Positions 61,834 through 63,787 of a stretch of DNA of 63,787 bases are shown here, in pieces. The stretch is from assembly GCA_002633005.1 (NCBI GenBank), contig NMRA01001033.1:2938-66724 (forward strand), given 5' to 3'. The DNA is from Phoronis australis. Taxonomy: Eukaryota > Animalia > Phoronida. Each line of letters begins with the position of its first letter. Positions within the stretch are counted from its first letter, which is position 1. The notes below the pieces were generated by a model, which was given only the letters and a program-made list of their open reading frames with translations, had not been told where the DNA came from and searched no databases. The position numbers and the translations under genes are program-made.

Positions 61834-63329
61834 GTGGTCAGCCTGCAGATCAGTGTACCTCAGAAGCATTCTATGGGTGTTTTCGGCAAGGAACTGGAGC
61901 AACATTCATCAATCCCATCCAATCCGCTAGACTGCGCAGTGTTCGCTCATTCAACTTCAAGTACGGAAAGATCGAAGCCAGAGCCAAAATGCCAATTGGA
62001 GACTGGATTTGGCCAGGTACATAACCATAAATCGTAGATTCCGTACATTATGTTTTAGAAAGGAGCTAGCGTTCAAGGTTAAGAATCATTTCTAGCGTTG
62101 TAGCGGTTGCCATTGATGCATAGAACTAGTGAACTCAGTAAGTTACCTGCTAAGTCATACTATGACATAGTAGACATAGTGATTGCGTTATCTTTCACTC
62201 ACGAGGAGTAGGCTACGTAGCGTTTTTCCTTAACACTCCGATTTTTTCCTGTACACAGCTTCCAGCCCGATTGTCGTAAGTGACCTTTTCGGACCAAGAA
62301 ATGTCGGATCGAACACACATCCACACCAAAACCAATTAGCCGTATACGACAGTCGTATATGAAAAATCTGAGTGCGTAGACAGGTCTAAAAAAGTTCCTC
62401 TGAGTTCATTTCTTTCATTGTTTTGGTAGGTGTGCTGCGTACTTTGATTTTTGATTCAATAGATGTTTATTTCTCATTGCTTTTTCAGCCATTTGGATGT
62501 TGCCAACAAGACAAGAGTATGGACTGTGGCCAGCCTCAGGAGAAATTGACCTTGTCGAAACCAGAGGTGAAATCATAACTGCGGTTGTTTCTATATTCGT
62601 TTGCTTAGGTTTAATTTGTGATTGCTCCGGATTTTTTAATTTAGTGAAACCTTTCTACCGTAGTGCAGTGGCGACACTCGTGCCAGTGTCCTCATTATTC
62701 ATATTTTAATGTCCTCATAAGCATTTCGAATTCAGATTATTACAAAAATGTGTAATTCTTGTTTCATATGTGTTCCTTGGTAGTTGGATATTTGATGAAC
62801 GTTTTTCTTGGTCAGTGATCGGGGTCTAAAGTCTGAGCAATAAAAGCGGAGTAAACTTTCTAGTACTGTTTGTGTTGTGTTTTTGGCAGGCAATCGCGAC
62901 CTAAAGGACAACAAAGGCAACCAAATTGGAGTAAAGAACGCAGGGCAAACGTTGCACTGGGGACCCTTCTGGCCTGCCAACTTCTTTGAGAAAACCCACG
63001 TGGCAAAGTAAGCCAGTGCGTCGCACAGCAAACCCAATACTAGGGAAAAGTTCGCTGGCGGCTAGTATACATGTCTGTTCTACCGTTTATGATAAATAGA
63101 ATACATGGACATGTAAGTAGTCACTTGGAACAGCGATGACTGCGTCTGTAACACCGGGGTACCGAATGACGGTGATCACACGGCGAAAAGGAATTAGAAT
63201 ATTAAGCCGGGTTACTTAGAACGAAGATTACTCAGGTTTCTATTTCTAATGTTCCAGGGACGCAACGTCTGGAACGTTTGCCTCTGACTTCCACACGTTT
63301 GGAGCCGAGTGGGATGAAGACCACCTCAG
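61834..63329 (+). CDS. GH16 beta-1,3-glucanase / beta-1,3-glucan-binding protein (LGBP-like), internal exons 61834-62016, 62489-62566, 62890-63007, 63258-63329; continues beyond window
   Basis: GT-AG introns with consistent phases. The joined peptide reads GGQPADQCT...INPIQSARLRS...FKYGKIEARAKMPIGDWIWPAIWMLP...WPASGEIDLVETRGN...TLHWGP...FASDFHTFGAEW. Confidence 0.93.
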
Positions 63330-63787
63330 GTAAACACAGTAGCATCAGGCACAGTTTGCCCGTCGTGCCTGCTGAATAACCAAGGTCCCGAGATTTTTAC
63401 TTCTTGCTTGGTGTCGCTTATTTCTTTTATTGATTTCCAGAAACACTGTATGTAGGGACAGCATGCCCCTTGATGCCTCTCACATTTGATGTCTTGATCA
63501 GGGTAAAGTTAATATCGGAAATAAAGACGCTGACTTACTTAACGAAAGCGTTTGACTGAGTGTATTTCCTATTTCGTTTTCTATGAGGCAATTGATCACA
63601 ATGTACCAAAAACCAGAAGAACGTGCAAGTAAAACAAACGGAAATTTTCATTTGAAACACACATTCAAATTACTTCATATTCTGTAGGTCTATTTTCTTC
63701 CATTTAAGTGATCTTGAATGTATTTTTGGTCGATTTTGTTACTCAGGACTGATTGCGAATATATTTAAGCTTTTTCATCGATGGACA

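Overview
AT-rich eukaryotic (probably invertebrate) draft-genome window with spliceosomal introns and N gaps. It is dominated by nested, mostly decayed mobile DNA: two copies of a Ngaro/DIRS tyrosine-recombinase retrotransposon inside a duplicated block (1-12594 vs 32315-37191), two TTAA-targeting Kolobok elements, an AcademH-like element with a 9-bp TSD, two Sola3-like relics, Harbinger, P/THAP, Penelope-like and Crypton-like pieces, and many MITEs with 5-bp TSDs. The only clear host gene is the central part of a spliced GH16 beta-1,3-glucanase/LGBP gene (61834-63329, continuing beyond the window). The most unusual feature is a small intact intronless non-histone ORF (39844-39527, minus strand) encoding a C4HC3 PHD-like finger. 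It is followed directly by two histone-type 3' stem-loops and an HDE-like element, and preceded by CCAAT and E2F-type motifs. All family assignments come from motif recognition by eye; no searches were run.
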